Virus record (IMG/VR): IMGVR_UViG_3300034137_000032
Location: 1 to 64,000 of that record
Length of the DNA: 64,000 nucleotides
Direction: 5' to 3' (one strand)
Origin: a virus
How positions within the stretch are numbered: position 1 is the first letter of the stretch; each line of letters starts with the position of its first letter. A program made the position numbers and the translations under genes. The notes under the pieces are model-generated. The model searched no databases. It was given only the letters and a program-made list of their open reading frames with translations, and was not told the origin of the DNA. Of this stretch, positions 18,038-27,144 are shown piece after piece.

Positions 18038-18333
18038 TTGCGGCCATAATTGCGGTAGTCCTATTTGCAGCCCTGCTCGGCTGCGCGTTTCACCAATCGC
18101 TGCGCGTTGGGGAACTTAACCGGCAAGTTTCTATACTTTGTGCGGCACTGTCTATTGTTCCATTGGTAGTCGGCGCCCTGCTCTACCCGTCCTGCAATGT
18201 CTGGCAGGCTGAGCGCGCCGCACAGGCACAGATCGAACTTTCGCAGGGCGAGGCCGAGTCTGTTGCACTAGTGTCCGGCAAGTTTGCTGACATGACCCAG
18301 TACCTGGAATACGTGAAGGCGCGGAATAAATAG
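18034..18333 (+). CDS. Small membrane protein
   Basis: Two TM segments; coupled to neighbours. Confidence 0.55.
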   Translation: MIAAIIAVVLFAALLGCAFHQSLRVGELNRQVSILCAALSIVPLVVGALLYPSCNVWQAERAAQAQIELSQGEAESVALVSGKFADMTQYLEYVKARNK

Positions 18334-18334
18334 C

Positions 18335-18598
18335 ATGTCCACTATCGAGAACACTGAAGCGAAACTTGATAAGATTCTGCTCGCTGTTACCAACACCGTG
18401 CCATTCTGCGAGCGCTGGGTGGATTGCGATGGGATCGGCTTGATACTTGGGTTCTCAAAGTCCTATGTCCAGGCGAAGCTGGTCACCCTGCCGGACTTCC
18501 CCAAACCGTTGCGGATCGGGGGCAATGGGCACCCGCGCTGGTCTGCCCAGGAGGTCGCAACCTGGGCGCGCCAGCGCCGGGATGACGCGCCGGGCTAA
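18335..18598 (+). CDS. Excisionase/AlpA-like protein
   Basis: LPDFPKPLRIGGNGHPRWSAQEV; convergent with the integrase. Confidence 0.8.
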   Translation: MSTIENTEAKLDKILLAVTNTVPFCERWVDCDGIGLILGFSKSYVQAKLVTLPDFPKPLRIGGNGHPRWSAQEVATWARQRRDDAPG

Positions 18599-19581
18599 CC
18601 CAGGCGCGAGGCAATATTTGTAGCAGATTCACGGTAGTAGATCATCAGGGACTTCGTGTCCCGGTGACCTACCATCTTTGCCAAGTCCAAAATATCCAGT
18701 TTGCGTGCTAGGCGCGTTAGAGCGGTAGCGCGCAGATCATGGAACGTCAAATTGAACAGCTGCAGTTTCGCTTTGGCGCGTCTAAAGTAGGTGTCGGCTG
18801 TTTCCTGGCTTACGGTGAATATACTATCACCGGGCCTGTCCATCATTATCTGTAATAATGCCGCCGCCTTACTCGTTAGAGGTACGTCACGGGCGTCAGT
18901 ATTCTTAGACGTTTCAAGCTTGATGTAGTTAGCGCTAATATACACCCGATCTTTTGTAAGCGAGAATAGTTCGTTAGCGCGCATCGCCGTTTCCACAGCG
19001 ATCAACATCGCGACGGCTACTTCCTGTTTTAGAGTTTCAGGAGTTCCGCCAAAGTAACCCAGGTGATGCGCGATGAGTTCGATTTCTTCATCGTTGTATA
19101 TCTTGGTTCGCGGTTGGCCGCCTGGGGGCTTGGTCACGTCATCGATAGGGTTCTGCTTGATCCAGCGCCATTCTTTGCGGGAGATTTCAAACACCGCCCG
19201 CAGTAGCGTCATATCTCGCCGCACGCTCGCGCCTTTTACTTGCTTTAAACGAACATCGCGCCACTTGCCCACTTCATCAGGTTGAATATGTGCGAGTAAC
19301 TTATCAATGAACGGTAGTTCACGCTTAAATCGATTCAAACGTATCAGTTCCCGATGGCCGCCCTTGCGTCCCGCAGCTATTTCGATTTCGAAACGCTCAA
19401 TGGCATCTCGCAGGGTTTTACCGTCCGCGCTTGATACTTCCCCGCCTGTTTCTATTTCAGCCTCGCGCATATGCGCCCAATATACAGCCTCCGCTTTGGT
19501 CGCAAAGGTCTCACTGACACGTACTCCCCGCTTTGCCACTTGTGCACGCCACTTACCGCCGCGCTTTATTATGGATGCCAT
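18595..19581 (-). CDS. int: Tyrosine recombinase (phage integrase)
   Basis: ETAMRANEL (R), FHDLRATA (HxxR), GHRDTKSLMIYY (H, Y). Confidence 0.93.
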   Translation of the reverse strand: MASIIKRGGKWRAQVAKRGVRVSETFATKAEAVYWAHMREAEIETGGEVSSADGKTLRDAIERFEIEIAAGRKGGHRELIRLNRFKRELPFIDKLLAHIQPDEVGKWRDVRLKQVKGASVRRDMTLLRAVFEISRKEWRWIKQNPIDDVTKPPGGQPRTKIYNDEEIELIAHHLGYFGGTPETLKQEVAVAMLIAVETAMRANELFSLTKDRVYISANYIKLETSKNTDARDVPLTSKAAALLQIMMDRPGDSIFTVSQETADTYFRRAKAKLQLFNLTFHDLRATALTRLARKLDILDLAKMVGHRDTKSLMIYYRESATNIASRLG

Positions 19582-19731
19582 TGCGTTTAAACCGTCCTTG
19601 GGTGACGTGTGGCCCTTGCTGGGGCATACACGATTGTTGTCATGGGTCGATTCCTAGATTTGCGGTTTCAAGCGTATCCTTCGCTGTGGATTGGTACGTT
19701 TCGTCAATTTAAGCATATTTATTGGCCGTCG

Positions 19732-19810
19732 TGTCTGGTGCCTAATGTAGGCACCAGACATCCAGTAAAGCCGCGGCCTGCAGCAGTGCCCGGTGTAAAT
19801 ATGGTGTAAC
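19732..19810. other. Putative attP: 13-bp inverted repeat plus arm-type direct repeats
   Basis: TGTCTGGTGCCTA-ATG-TAGGCACCAGACA, then GGTGTAA twice; directly upstream of int. Confidence 0.55.
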
Positions 19811-19956
19811 GCTTTCTTGGTCGGCGTGATAATAGCCTGACCCCGTTCGAAAACCAGTGTCTGTCCTGCATTTCTTCATCTTTATGATGCCAAATCAATG
19901 GCTTAGATCATTCGATAGATCTCATCTATGTGCGTACCCGCAGACTGGCCGGGCAC

Positions 19957-19982
19957 AAAAAAACCGGCGCATGGCCGGTTTT
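19957..19982 (-). terminator. Terminator of the lysis operon (possibly bidirectional)
   Basis: AAAAAAACCGGC-GCATG-GCCGGTTTT. Confidence 0.7.
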
Positions 19983-20000
19983 CCTATGCAAATCAGCTGA

Positions 20001-20516
20001 TTAGGCGCTGGCAGTTTCGTCAGTTACTGCAACCGTGGCGGCTTCAGCTACAGCGTCCGTTGCGTCACCGGCAGCGACTTCCACCACTGCGTCAACCGCT
20101 GCGGCGCTGTCATCTGCGACGGCCGTGGCGTTCGTTACGGAATCCGTCTCTACGCTCAAAGTAGCGGCGTCAGCAGGGGTATCACCCTCAGAATTCACGA
20201 CAGACGCTGCCTCGGACGAAACTGCCGTTACAGTCGTATCGGATACGACAGCGGCGGTTTGGGTCACAGCGTCTGTTGCGCTGGCCACCACCGTGTCGGT
20301 GGTGGTCTCAACCGCCGATACGATTTCGAGCAGGGTGCCAACGTTAGCGACGACTGCGCCGATTTTGGTCTTCAGCGCTGCAGCTGCGTCAGCCAGAGAC
20401 GTTTCGTCAGTCACGCCCAGGACTGCACGCAACTGAGTCACGCCGGTGCTGATCACTTCCAGCAGGGTGTTGAATTCTTGAACGTCTTCGATGGCTTTGG
20501 CCAGGTTCAGGGACAT
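20001..20516 (-). CDS. Ala/Thr/Val-rich acidic protein
   Basis: AAGGAAG RBS; 171 aa with low-complexity C-terminus. Confidence 0.65.
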   Translation of the reverse strand: MSLNLAKAIEDVQEFNTLLEVISTGVTQLRAVLGVTDETSLADAAAALKTKIGAVVANVGTLLEIVSAVETTTDTVVASATDAVTQTAAVVSDTTVTAVSSEAASVVNSEGDTPADAATLSVETDSVTNATAVADDSAAAVDAVVEVAAGDATDAVAEAATVAVTDETASA

Positions 20517-20529
20517 ACGATCGCTTCCT

Positions 20530-21027
20530 TTATATAGAGGTTGGCCAGGCCGTATCGAGCGCGAGCTTTTGCGCCGTGGCCGAGGGTTTGCTTACGTGCG
20601 AAACAAGGGCATATGCTCGCACCGCGCCGAACAGCACATGGCAATCTGTTTCCGAACCGTCGCCCTGGGAATAAGTGGCCAGCAAGCCGGCCAGGAAGCA
20701 CTCGTCGCACTCCTCGCGTGTCATGGTTACCGTGCCCAGGTGCGTCTCGTAGCTCAGCGACTCGCACAACGCGTCGTGTGTCGCGGCCGCCTGGCCGTAC
20801 CAGCTCCAGGGTTCATAAACGTTGCGGAACACTTTGGGGATGCTCGCACCGTCGGTAAGGAACCCGTTTTTTATGTCTTTCCAGGCCGACTGGTCAGCCT
20901 TCAGATAGGCCCTGTAGCCGCCATCGACCACACGCCACAGGCCGTAACCCATGACCTTGGTGGCCGAGCCGTCGTACTGGATGCGCAGCGGTGCGGTGAA
21001 CGAAACCTGCCAATCACTCATGCCCAA
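20530..21027 (-). CDS. DUF1353-family protein
   Basis: GFLTDGASIPK...AAATHDALC...REECDECF. Confidence 0.75.
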   Translation of the reverse strand: MGMSDWQVSFTAPLRIQYDGSATKVMGYGLWRVVDGGYRAYLKADQSAWKDIKNGFLTDGASIPKVFRNVYEPWSWYGQAAATHDALCESLSYETHLGTVTMTREECDECFLAGLLATYSQGDGSETDCHVLFGAVRAYALVSHVSKPSATAQKLALDTAWPTSI

Positions 21028-21115
21028 AACTCCCGTTCACGGGTGATCGGGGAGGGCGTTTGCAGGGGGCAGCTGGCAATGCAGATGATTGCCATGATCG
21101 AGATAGCGAGCTTGA

Positions 21116-21811
21116 TCAAAACTTGGCCCCCAGGTTGACGGTGAAGTCGTTCTGAGTGACGTCGCCCGCGGTGCTGCGCAGCGCGTAATGCGTGTACTTG
21201 ATCGACGCATTTATGCTCTGCGTGAGCGCGTAGGTCAGCGACGTGCTGCCATCGAACTCATAGCGCGTGTAAGCCTGGATCGGCACGCCCATCTCCATCG
21301 ACGTGGCAAATGTCAGCTTTTCGGCCAGCTTGCGCTGGTAGTCCACGGTACCGCTGGGCGTGTAAAACTGCTCTTCCTTGGTTGTGTACGTGTAGTCATT
21401 GGCGTTCACCAGCACGCCCAGGGCGAACAGCCCGGTGTCGTCGTTATAGAAGCGCCAGCCGCCCCCGGACCCGATCACGCGTTTCTGGTATAGATCCTCG
21501 ACAGTGTCGATCTTGTAGAGCGCACGGCTATCGATATACAGGTGATCGCCATAGAAGCGGCGCAAGTTGTATTCGGCCTGGTAGTTGTTGGCCTTCACAT
21601 CACCGTCGCTAGACGCGTGCTGCCCGGTGAGTGTCACGGTGTTTGTCCAGGTGTCGCCGGTGGCCACCAGCTTGACGTCCAGGTTCTGCTTTGCGTTGTT
21701 CTTGCTACCGCTCATAACGTCCACAGATCCCGACGCGCTGCCGGAATAGGTGGTATCCGCCTGGGCCGAGATACAGCACAGCGACAGCAGCATAAAGACT
21801 AGGTACTTCAT
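21116..21811 (-). CDS. Outer-membrane beta-barrel protein (DUF481/YdiY-like)
   Basis: Signal peptide MKYLVFMLLSLCCISAQA; alternating beta-strands; C-terminal beta-signal FTVNLGAKF; start at ATG 21811. Confidence 0.75.
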   Translation of the reverse strand: MKYLVFMLLSLCCISAQADTTYSGSASGSVDVMSGSKNNAKQNLDVKLVATGDTWTNTVTLTGQHASSDGDVKANNYQAEYNLRRFYGDHLYIDSRALYKIDTVEDLYQKRVIGSGGGWRFYNDDTGLFALGVLVNANDYTYTTKEEQFYTPSGTVDYQRKLAEKLTFATSMEMGVPIQAYTRYEFDGSTSLTYALTQSINASIKYTHYALRSTAGDVTQNDFTVNLGAKF

Positions 21812-22137
21812 TGATCCGCCTTTGGTTTTTCGGTTGTTGTGGTGCTGGTGCCCGGCTTGCGCTCGATCGCCTTGCCGCCCAGGTAGCCGCCCGTCACTGC
21901 CGAAACCGCGGTGAGCACCATGGTCTGGATCAGGTCGGAGAGGACGCGGGCCATGTCGAGCAGCCGATCCGGCTGGACGCCGATAGAGATGGTCACCAGT
22001 GCGCCGACCAGTGCGGCAGTGACCCCGCCGACCAGCACAGAGACCGTGAGAAAGAAGCTCAGGCGCTTGACCGAAGGCAGGCCGCTGCCGCCATCGGACA
22101 GGGCTCGGCCGAGCCAGGCGAGGAGGCTGGTGATCAT
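21808..22137 (-). CDS. Holin-like membrane protein (2 TM)
   Basis: MITSLLAWLG...; immediately downstream of the endolysin; charged tail. Confidence 0.55.
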   Translation of the reverse strand: MITSLLAWLGRALSDGGSGLPSVKRLSFFLTVSVLVGGVTAALVGALVTISIGVQPDRLLDMARVLSDLIQTMVLTAVSAVTGGYLGGKAIERKPGTSTTTTEKPKADQ

Positions 22138-22697
22138 GCGAGTACCCCCAGCGCTGCGGTGTAGAACGCGCGCCGCTCTGCCAGGCCATTGGTGCCGCCG
22201 TTGATCAAGCGGCTGATCTTGTCGATGTTCCCGGCGTCGGCGTAGGGCGAGAGCTTGCGTGACCCCCAATAGATGCAGAACGACTCAACGGCCGGGCCGG
22301 GCTCTTCGAGCTGCTCGGGGTGGTTGATCAGATCCAGGCCCATGGCTTTGCCCATGGCGGTGTAGTTGGCCAGGCCGGTGATCATGCCCAGGCCACGCCC
22401 CTTGTAGAGTTGGCCATCGCCGTCAGCTTCGGGCGTGTTGCCCAGCTGGGTGGCGAGCGAGCCGGTGTCGTACTTGGCCAGGTAAGCCTGGCTGCCCAGC
22501 TCATGCAGGAACTGGAATTGCGTGGTCTCGTGCAGCGCCTGGGCCAGCAAGGCCGCCAGGCGCAAGCGCGTATTCAGCCCATACGTGGCGGCGTGCTCGT
22601 TGATCGGATCAACGAACTGGACGCATGCCTTTCGGGCGTAGGGCACGGTGCACAGCGACTGCAACTGCGCCGCCGTGAGAGTGACCGCGCCGCTCAT
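22134..22697 (-). CDS. Glycoside hydrolase family 19 endolysin
   Basis: LAQALHET...DGQLYKGRGLGMITGLANY...RLINGGTNGLAER. Confidence 0.92.
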   Translation of the reverse strand: MSGAVTLTAAQLQSLCTVPYARKACVQFVDPINEHAATYGLNTRLRLAALLAQALHETTQFQFLHELGSQAYLAKYDTGSLATQLGNTPEADGDGQLYKGRGLGMITGLANYTAMGKAMGLDLINHPEQLEEPGPAVESFCIYWGSRKLSPYADAGNIDKISRLINGGTNGLAERRAFYTAALGVLA

Positions 22698-23164
22698 TTG
22701 GGCAGGATCTGCAGCGTCATGGATGGAAACGTAATGAACTCATCCCGGCCAATCACGTTCGCCTGGTAGGTGGCCGCGTTTACGTAGGTGTATTTGCCTG
22801 GCGGCAGATCCGGAACCACGAAACCGTAATAAAGGGTATTGCAGCCCTTGGCCTTTTCGACCGTCATGCCATTGAGCGGGAACAGCACGCCTTCCGCGTT
22901 GCGCAGCGCCGGGCTGAAGCGAATCCCAATCTCGCGCTTGAGGCACACTTCGCGGCGCACCACAGCAACCTCCCCGACATGGAACGAATCGGCCTTTGAA
23001 CCCTGCAGGTCTTGCATGGCGATGCTGCGAAATTCGAACACGGGCTCAGTGCGCACGCTCCAATACCAGACGAGCCAAGCCGAAGCCCACAGCGCGACGA
23101 CAGTGAGGATTGCGATCGCGATATCACGGCGCACGTAAATGGGTTTGCGAGTCGGTTGGCTCAT
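22694..23164 (-). CDS. Single-TM protein with periplasmic beta domain (lysis accessory)
   Basis: MSQPTRK..., TM IAIAILTVVALWASAWLVWYW, two Cys, PDLPPGKY; within the lysis cassette. Confidence 0.6.
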   Translation of the reverse strand: MSQPTRKPIYVRRDIAIAILTVVALWASAWLVWYWSVRTEPVFEFRSIAMQDLQGSKADSFHVGEVAVVRREVCLKREIGIRFSPALRNAEGVLFPLNGMTVEKAKGCNTLYYGFVVPDLPPGKYTYVNAATYQANVIGRDEFITFPSMTLQILPK

Positions 23165-23361
23165 TTGATATGCCCTCCAATAAGGGCGGTGCAGAAGGCC
23201 GAGAGGATCAGTCCGACGGCGCCGTAAACCACAATGCGGATCGGCCACAGGTCTGCCTTGGTGGCGTACTGCGTGGCGTCCTGCTTGAGCTTTTCGACGT
23301 CTTGCTGCAGCAGCGCGAAAGCCTTATCGAGGTCGCGAAATTCTTTTTCGTTTACAGGCAT
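23161..23361 (-). CDS. Small holin/antiholin-like protein (coiled coil plus C-terminal TM)
   Basis: 66 aa; first gene after the late-promoter motif. Confidence 0.55.
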   Translation of the reverse strand: MPVNEKEFRDLDKAFALLQQDVEKLKQDATQYATKADLWPIRIVVYGAVGLILSAFCTALIGGHIK

Positions 23362-23437
23362 ATACGTGACATCTCGCGCGAAAGGCTGCCGACTGGCGGG
23401 CAGGGGGCTGGGTTGTTTTGGGGTGCTTTCGAGAGTG

Positions 23438-23478
23438 ATTTTGGGGGCGCCGAAACAGGGTTCGGCGCGGGTGTTTCC
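23438..23478 (-). promoter_or_regulatory. Putative late promoter of the lysis operon
   Basis: GGAAA-N30-CAAAAT. Confidence 0.6.
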
Positions 23479-23483
23479 GATGG

Positions 23484-23745
23484 TCAGAACCGACGTCGGC
23501 CGGTGACCTTGATCAGCACCGCCAGGTGCTCGATGATCGCGTGCTGCAGCTTGAATTCGTTCTCGCGACCCTTCTTGAAATCCTCGTAGGCCTTCGAGCC
23601 GAAGTGCGCCAGGGCGTCACTCGGGGTCACTTGGCCCGCCACGTTCCATTGTTGGTTGTCGTGTTTGATCAGGTCCGTCTTCAGGTTCTGGTGCGACGCC
23701 AAGAATTCGGAGCGTGGTATCAGTGATGATGGAACCACTGAGAAA
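23484..23745 (-). CDS. Overlapping frame, probable frameshift extension of the tail assembly chaperone
   Basis: Protein-like frame (...EFLASHQNLKTDLIKH...GSKAYEDFKKGRE...) with no clear start/RBS, +1 relative to 23617..24450. Confidence 0.5.
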
Positions 23746-24450
23746 GCGCGCGGCAGACTGCCCCGGCACCTCCGGGGCCGGATCGAACGCAATGCCGTTG
23801 TCATGGAAGCTCAGACGTAGCAGGTGGTCCTGCTGCTTGACCCCCTGCCAGAACATCATGAACAGCGGGCCGAAGGCGCTATCACCGATCCGCGCAAACT
23901 GTTGCGCCCGGCGCAGGACGTACTCCTCGTACTTGGCCTCGGGCCAGGTCGTGGTGTCTTCATCCTTGTCGCGCACGAGCATGCAAGCCATAGCTCCCAG
24001 GAACCACCCCATGCGCCCTTGGTGCAGCTGGCCACCGTCGATTAGGCGCTCGATACATTCGGAGCCGCGGCCGAGCAGGGGCTGCAGAAACCAGTGATCC
24101 CCCTCGTAAACGCCCAGGTCCAGCACGGTATGGTGATCCACGCCTTCGAGCAGGTAGTCGGTGAAGCTGTTCTCGGTACCGACGCGGAAATTCGGGTTGC
24201 CCGGCTCGGCCGTGTGCATCAGGTAGTGCGCGATCACCATGGCGCGCTCCTGGACCGTCCACAGCTGGGGATCGGTAACCTGGCCATCCTTGAGGTCGTC
24301 GAGTGGCTCGACGATGCGCCGCAGCGCCTCGGTGCAACAATGCTCCTCCAAGTGCGCCGGTAGGCTGCACATATAGATAGCGTCGTCGATGGTCAATTCG
24401 CGGAGCTGCACCGTTAGCCGGTGCGTGTTAAGGCGAGAGAAAGCGATCAT
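23617..24450 (-). CDS. P1 PmgB-like morphogenesis protein / putative tail assembly chaperone
   Basis: LTVQLRELTIDDAI...DPQLWTVQER; follows PmgC-like and Tub-like genes as in P1. Confidence 0.6.
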   Translation of the reverse strand: MIAFSRLNTHRLTVQLRELTIDDAIYMCSLPAHLEEHCCTEALRRIVEPLDDLKDGQVTDPQLWTVQERAMVIAHYLMHTAEPGNPNFRVGTENSFTDYLLEGVDHHTVLDLGVYEGDHWFLQPLLGRGSECIERLIDGGQLHQGRMGWFLGAMACMLVRDKDEDTTTWPEAKYEEYVLRRAQQFARIGDSAFGPLFMMFWQGVKQQDHLLRLSFHDNGIAFDPAPEVPGQSAARFLSGSIITDTTLRILGVAPEPEDGPDQTRQPTMERGGPSDPE

Positions 24451-24480
24451 GCAGGCATGCCCTATTGTTTCAGTGCAGCC

Positions 24481-24520
24481 ATGCTAGGGATGCCCCGGCC
24501 CGGTAAATCCGGGGGTTTCC
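24481..24520 (-). promoter_or_regulatory. Putative late promoter
   Basis: GGAAA-N29-TAGCAT. Confidence 0.6.
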
Positions 24521-24525
24521 CAAGG

Positions 24526-25200
24526 TCAAACGATGTTGGTGCATGGGTCAAACTGGCGGAATGAAAGCTCGATTTCCTGCAGGCCGTCCTGATCACGGGC
24601 ATTGGTGTACTCGGCACTGATCAGCTGGACGATCGCGTTATCAATGTGTGCGCCCCCTGAGTTTTCTGCGTCGGTACCGATAAAGCCATGGGTCAGCGTC
24701 AGGCGTAGCAGGTAGCTCAGGGGCAGCCCGTAGGTGCCGTCACCGGGTGCCATCTTCAGCTTGAGGTTGGCCGCCCAGCCCTTGATCGATCCGCCCAGGT
24801 CGTCGAACGTGGTTACGTGGTACTCCTTGGGCGCCATATTCCCGGGCTTGGCAAACGATGTCGCACCGACCTCGACCGACTCGGCGCCAAAGCTCAATGC
24901 CGTGGTCTGCACCCCCTTGGCGAACAGATTCACCGTAGGGGCGATCCCGGTTTTGACGTTGGTGATGTTCAGGTGCCACAGGTTGGACTTTGCGAAGCTC
25001 AGGCCGTATTGCGACTGCCAAAGCTGCTTGGCCTTCGCCAGCGACACGCCGCCCATTAGGGCCTTGTCACCTGCCGTTACCTGCGAAGCGAACACCGTGC
25101 TGAAGGCGTCGCCGACGATCGCGGTCACCATAGAGGTGCCCGAAATCGACGATACCGAACTCTTTGCGGCCTGGACTAAGGTGCTGTCTAGCAGGCTCAT
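24526..25200 (-). CDS. Tail tube-fold baseplate protein (P1 Tub-like)
   Basis: Synteny in a P1-like tail block; beta-rich composition. Confidence 0.5.
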   Translation of the reverse strand: MSLLDSTLVQAAKSSVSSISGTSMVTAIVGDAFSTVFASQVTAGDKALMGGVSLAKAKQLWQSQYGLSFAKSNLWHLNITNVKTGIAPTVNLFAKGVQTTALSFGAESVEVGATSFAKPGNMAPKEYHVTTFDDLGGSIKGWAANLKLKMAPGDGTYGLPLSYLLRLTLTHGFIGTDAENSGGAHIDNAIVQLISAEYTNARDQDGLQEIELSFRQFDPCTNIV

Positions 25201-25715
25201 ATCGTGTAGACCTCCTCAAACCACGCCTTGCCCTCGACATTTTCTTCCGCCAGGGTGATATCGGACTGGATCTCGCTGGGCTCGCGTCCCCAGGCCTCGT
25301 GCCCGTTCGCGCGCGATACCTGGATAGCCTGGGCGTTCTCCCATTCGCAATACAGCCGAAACAACGGCTCGATGATCGAGTGCTCGCTGGGGGTTAAATC
25401 GAAGTCCTGGTCGTCCGTGACCGTGTTGTCAGCGCTGATCGTCGTGTGCACGTCCTTGCCCGCGACCGCATTGGCGCGAAGCCAGTAAGCAGCCGCGGTA
25501 TCGCCCAGGCGATACTCGCCCCGGGGTGCCGTGAGCGGGTCAACCGGGAGCGCTGCCAAGGCGACGTCGGCCGCCGACGGGGAGTTGGCCAGGGTGGCGA
25601 AACCGCAGTAGTACCGAACGGCCTTCTTGAGGTTTCGTGTGACCTGCTCCTCGTCGAGGACGATCCCGAGCGGCAGCGCACCGAAATACGCTGTGACCAC
25701 TGCTGACAGGAGCAT
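25197..25715 (-). CDS. Head-tail adaptor (P1 PmgC-like)
   Basis: AVRYYCGFA...DLTPSEHSIIEPLFRLYCE; synteny. Confidence 0.55.
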   Translation of the reverse strand: MLLSAVVTAYFGALPLGIVLDEEQVTRNLKKAVRYYCGFATLANSPSAADVALAALPVDPLTAPRGEYRLGDTAAAYWLRANAVAGKDVHTTISADNTVTDDQDFDLTPSEHSIIEPLFRLYCEWENAQAIQVSRANGHEAWGREPSEIQSDITLAEENVEGKAWFEEVYTI

Positions 25716-26197
25716 TAGGCCGCCGTCTTGTAGCCAAAGAAGTGATAGAACAGGTCGCCGCTGAAGGTGAGGATCTGCGAGCGGTTTTCCCAGTCACGAT
25801 CCGGGTTTTCCAGCACAAGGAAGCAGCCGTACAGAGGCGCTGCTCGGGTGTAGCTGTCTTTGGTGCCTTGGTACACGGTGGCGTCGAACGTGCCGCCATT
25901 GGCCAGGATTTCCACCAGCATGTCGCCCGCGGTGTTGTTGACGGTCTCGAAAATCGATACCGGCGACTGCGCCCAGGTCTTGCCCTGTTGCGGCTGCAGC
26001 ATCATGGTGCCCAGCAACCCCGGGATCTCGATCTCGCCTGCAGGCGTGATCAGAGGCCAGGGGAATTGTTTGATCAGCAGGCTCTGATCTTCATAGCCTT
26101 TGATCACGAACTGGGCGTCGGAGCTGACGGCCTTATCACCCAGCGCTCGCGTGGTGTTGAAGGTCGTCTGTAGAACTTTTGCAGAAGAGACAGTCAT
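25715..26197 (-). CDS. Tail tube protein (P1 BplB-like)
   Basis: GDKAVSSDAQFVIKGYEDQSLLIK resembles P1 BplB as recalled; downstream of the sheath. Confidence 0.65.
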   Translation of the reverse strand: MTVSSAKVLQTTFNTTRALGDKAVSSDAQFVIKGYEDQSLLIKQFPWPLITPAGEIEIPGLLGTMMLQPQQGKTWAQSPVSIFETVNNTAGDMLVEILANGGTFDATVYQGTKDSYTRAAPLYGCFLVLENPDRDWENRSQILTFSGDLFYHFFGYKTAA

Positions 26198-26205
26198 CTC
26201 AGGCC

Positions 26206-27141
26206 TCAAATGAACATTTTGGGTACGTCGTTGCGGTCAAGGGCCGTGAGCGTGGACAGGGTCAACTGCACCGCGCGATAGATCCACTTGCCAGATGAAT
26301 CGATAGGCCCATCCAGAGGGTGGGAAATCGACTCGATCACCAAGGGGTAGTAGTTGTTGATGCCATACTTCAGGCCCACCATCAGGGGGGCGGTACTGGG
26401 GAACATGGCTTTAACCATGTTGGCGGCGCTCGATCCCGAGGAGGCAATCACCTCGGTCAAAATGCCGTCTTTAGCCAGGTTCTGCGGTAGGAGCCAACTT
26501 AACAGGCGGCGATACGGCACCATGATCTCGGTTTCCGGATCGAGCATTGCGCGGAAATGGAGCGTGATCGGGATCTTGATCGGAGGCATGCCCGAGAACA
26601 CTTGACGGCTGTTGAGCTTGGTAATGCCCGTCCGGCCTTCCAGATCCTTGGCCACGTTTTTCGCGGTCTCGGCAGCGCTGGCGCTCGTGCTGTTGCTGGC
26701 CAGCGAAGGGAAGGCAGCCTGCAGGGCGTTCACCACAGTCGCGGCCTGGCCGGACTGCAGCAACGCCATAAGAGCGGGTGCCTTCGATTCAGGGCCAGCG
26801 TTTTCAAACGGCGATTGCCAGTTGAGCGACGCTTCGAACGTGGCGTCAGTGATCGGCCCCATGACAAAGTTCGGCTCAGAATCAAGCTGCTTGCCATCGG
26901 CATCACAGGCGTAGAGCTGGGCGATCAGGTAGGTGGACATCTTCCCCCAGGAGGATGCCGCCGAACTGGCCGCCAGCACGCCGCCCAGCAAACCCACAGC
27001 AGTACCGGCCAACGTCCCGGAGTCTGCTACAGACCCCAGCGCGGTGCTGATAATGCTGGTTGAGCCGCTCGACTGAATCTCGGCCGCAACGATGTCGCTG
27101 CCACCAGTGATGGACGACGAGACTGAGTCGAACAGGCTCAT
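26206..27141 (-). CDS. Baseplate/tube-initiator protein (P1 PmgG-like position)
   Basis: NWQSPFEN...NSRQVFSGMPPIK; upstream of the tube gene. Confidence 0.5.
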   Translation of the reverse strand: MSLFDSVSSSITGGSDIVAAEIQSSGSTSIISTALGSVADSGTLAGTAVGLLGGVLAASSAASSWGKMSTYLIAQLYACDADGKQLDSEPNFVMGPITDATFEASLNWQSPFENAGPESKAPALMALLQSGQAATVVNALQAAFPSLASNSTSASAAETAKNVAKDLEGRTGITKLNSRQVFSGMPPIKIPITLHFRAMLDPETEIMVPYRRLLSWLLPQNLAKDGILTEVIASSGSSAANMVKAMFPSTAPLMVGLKYGINNYYPLVIESISHPLDGPIDSSGKWIYRAVQLTLSTLTALDRNDVPKMFI

Positions 27142-27144
27142 GGC

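Noticed and set aside
21790-21811. Lipoprotein (o-/u-spanin) reading of the signal peptide MKYLVFMLLSLCC
   Set aside because: No proper lipobox; the AQA signal peptidase I site and C-terminal Phe beta-signal fit a beta-barrel better
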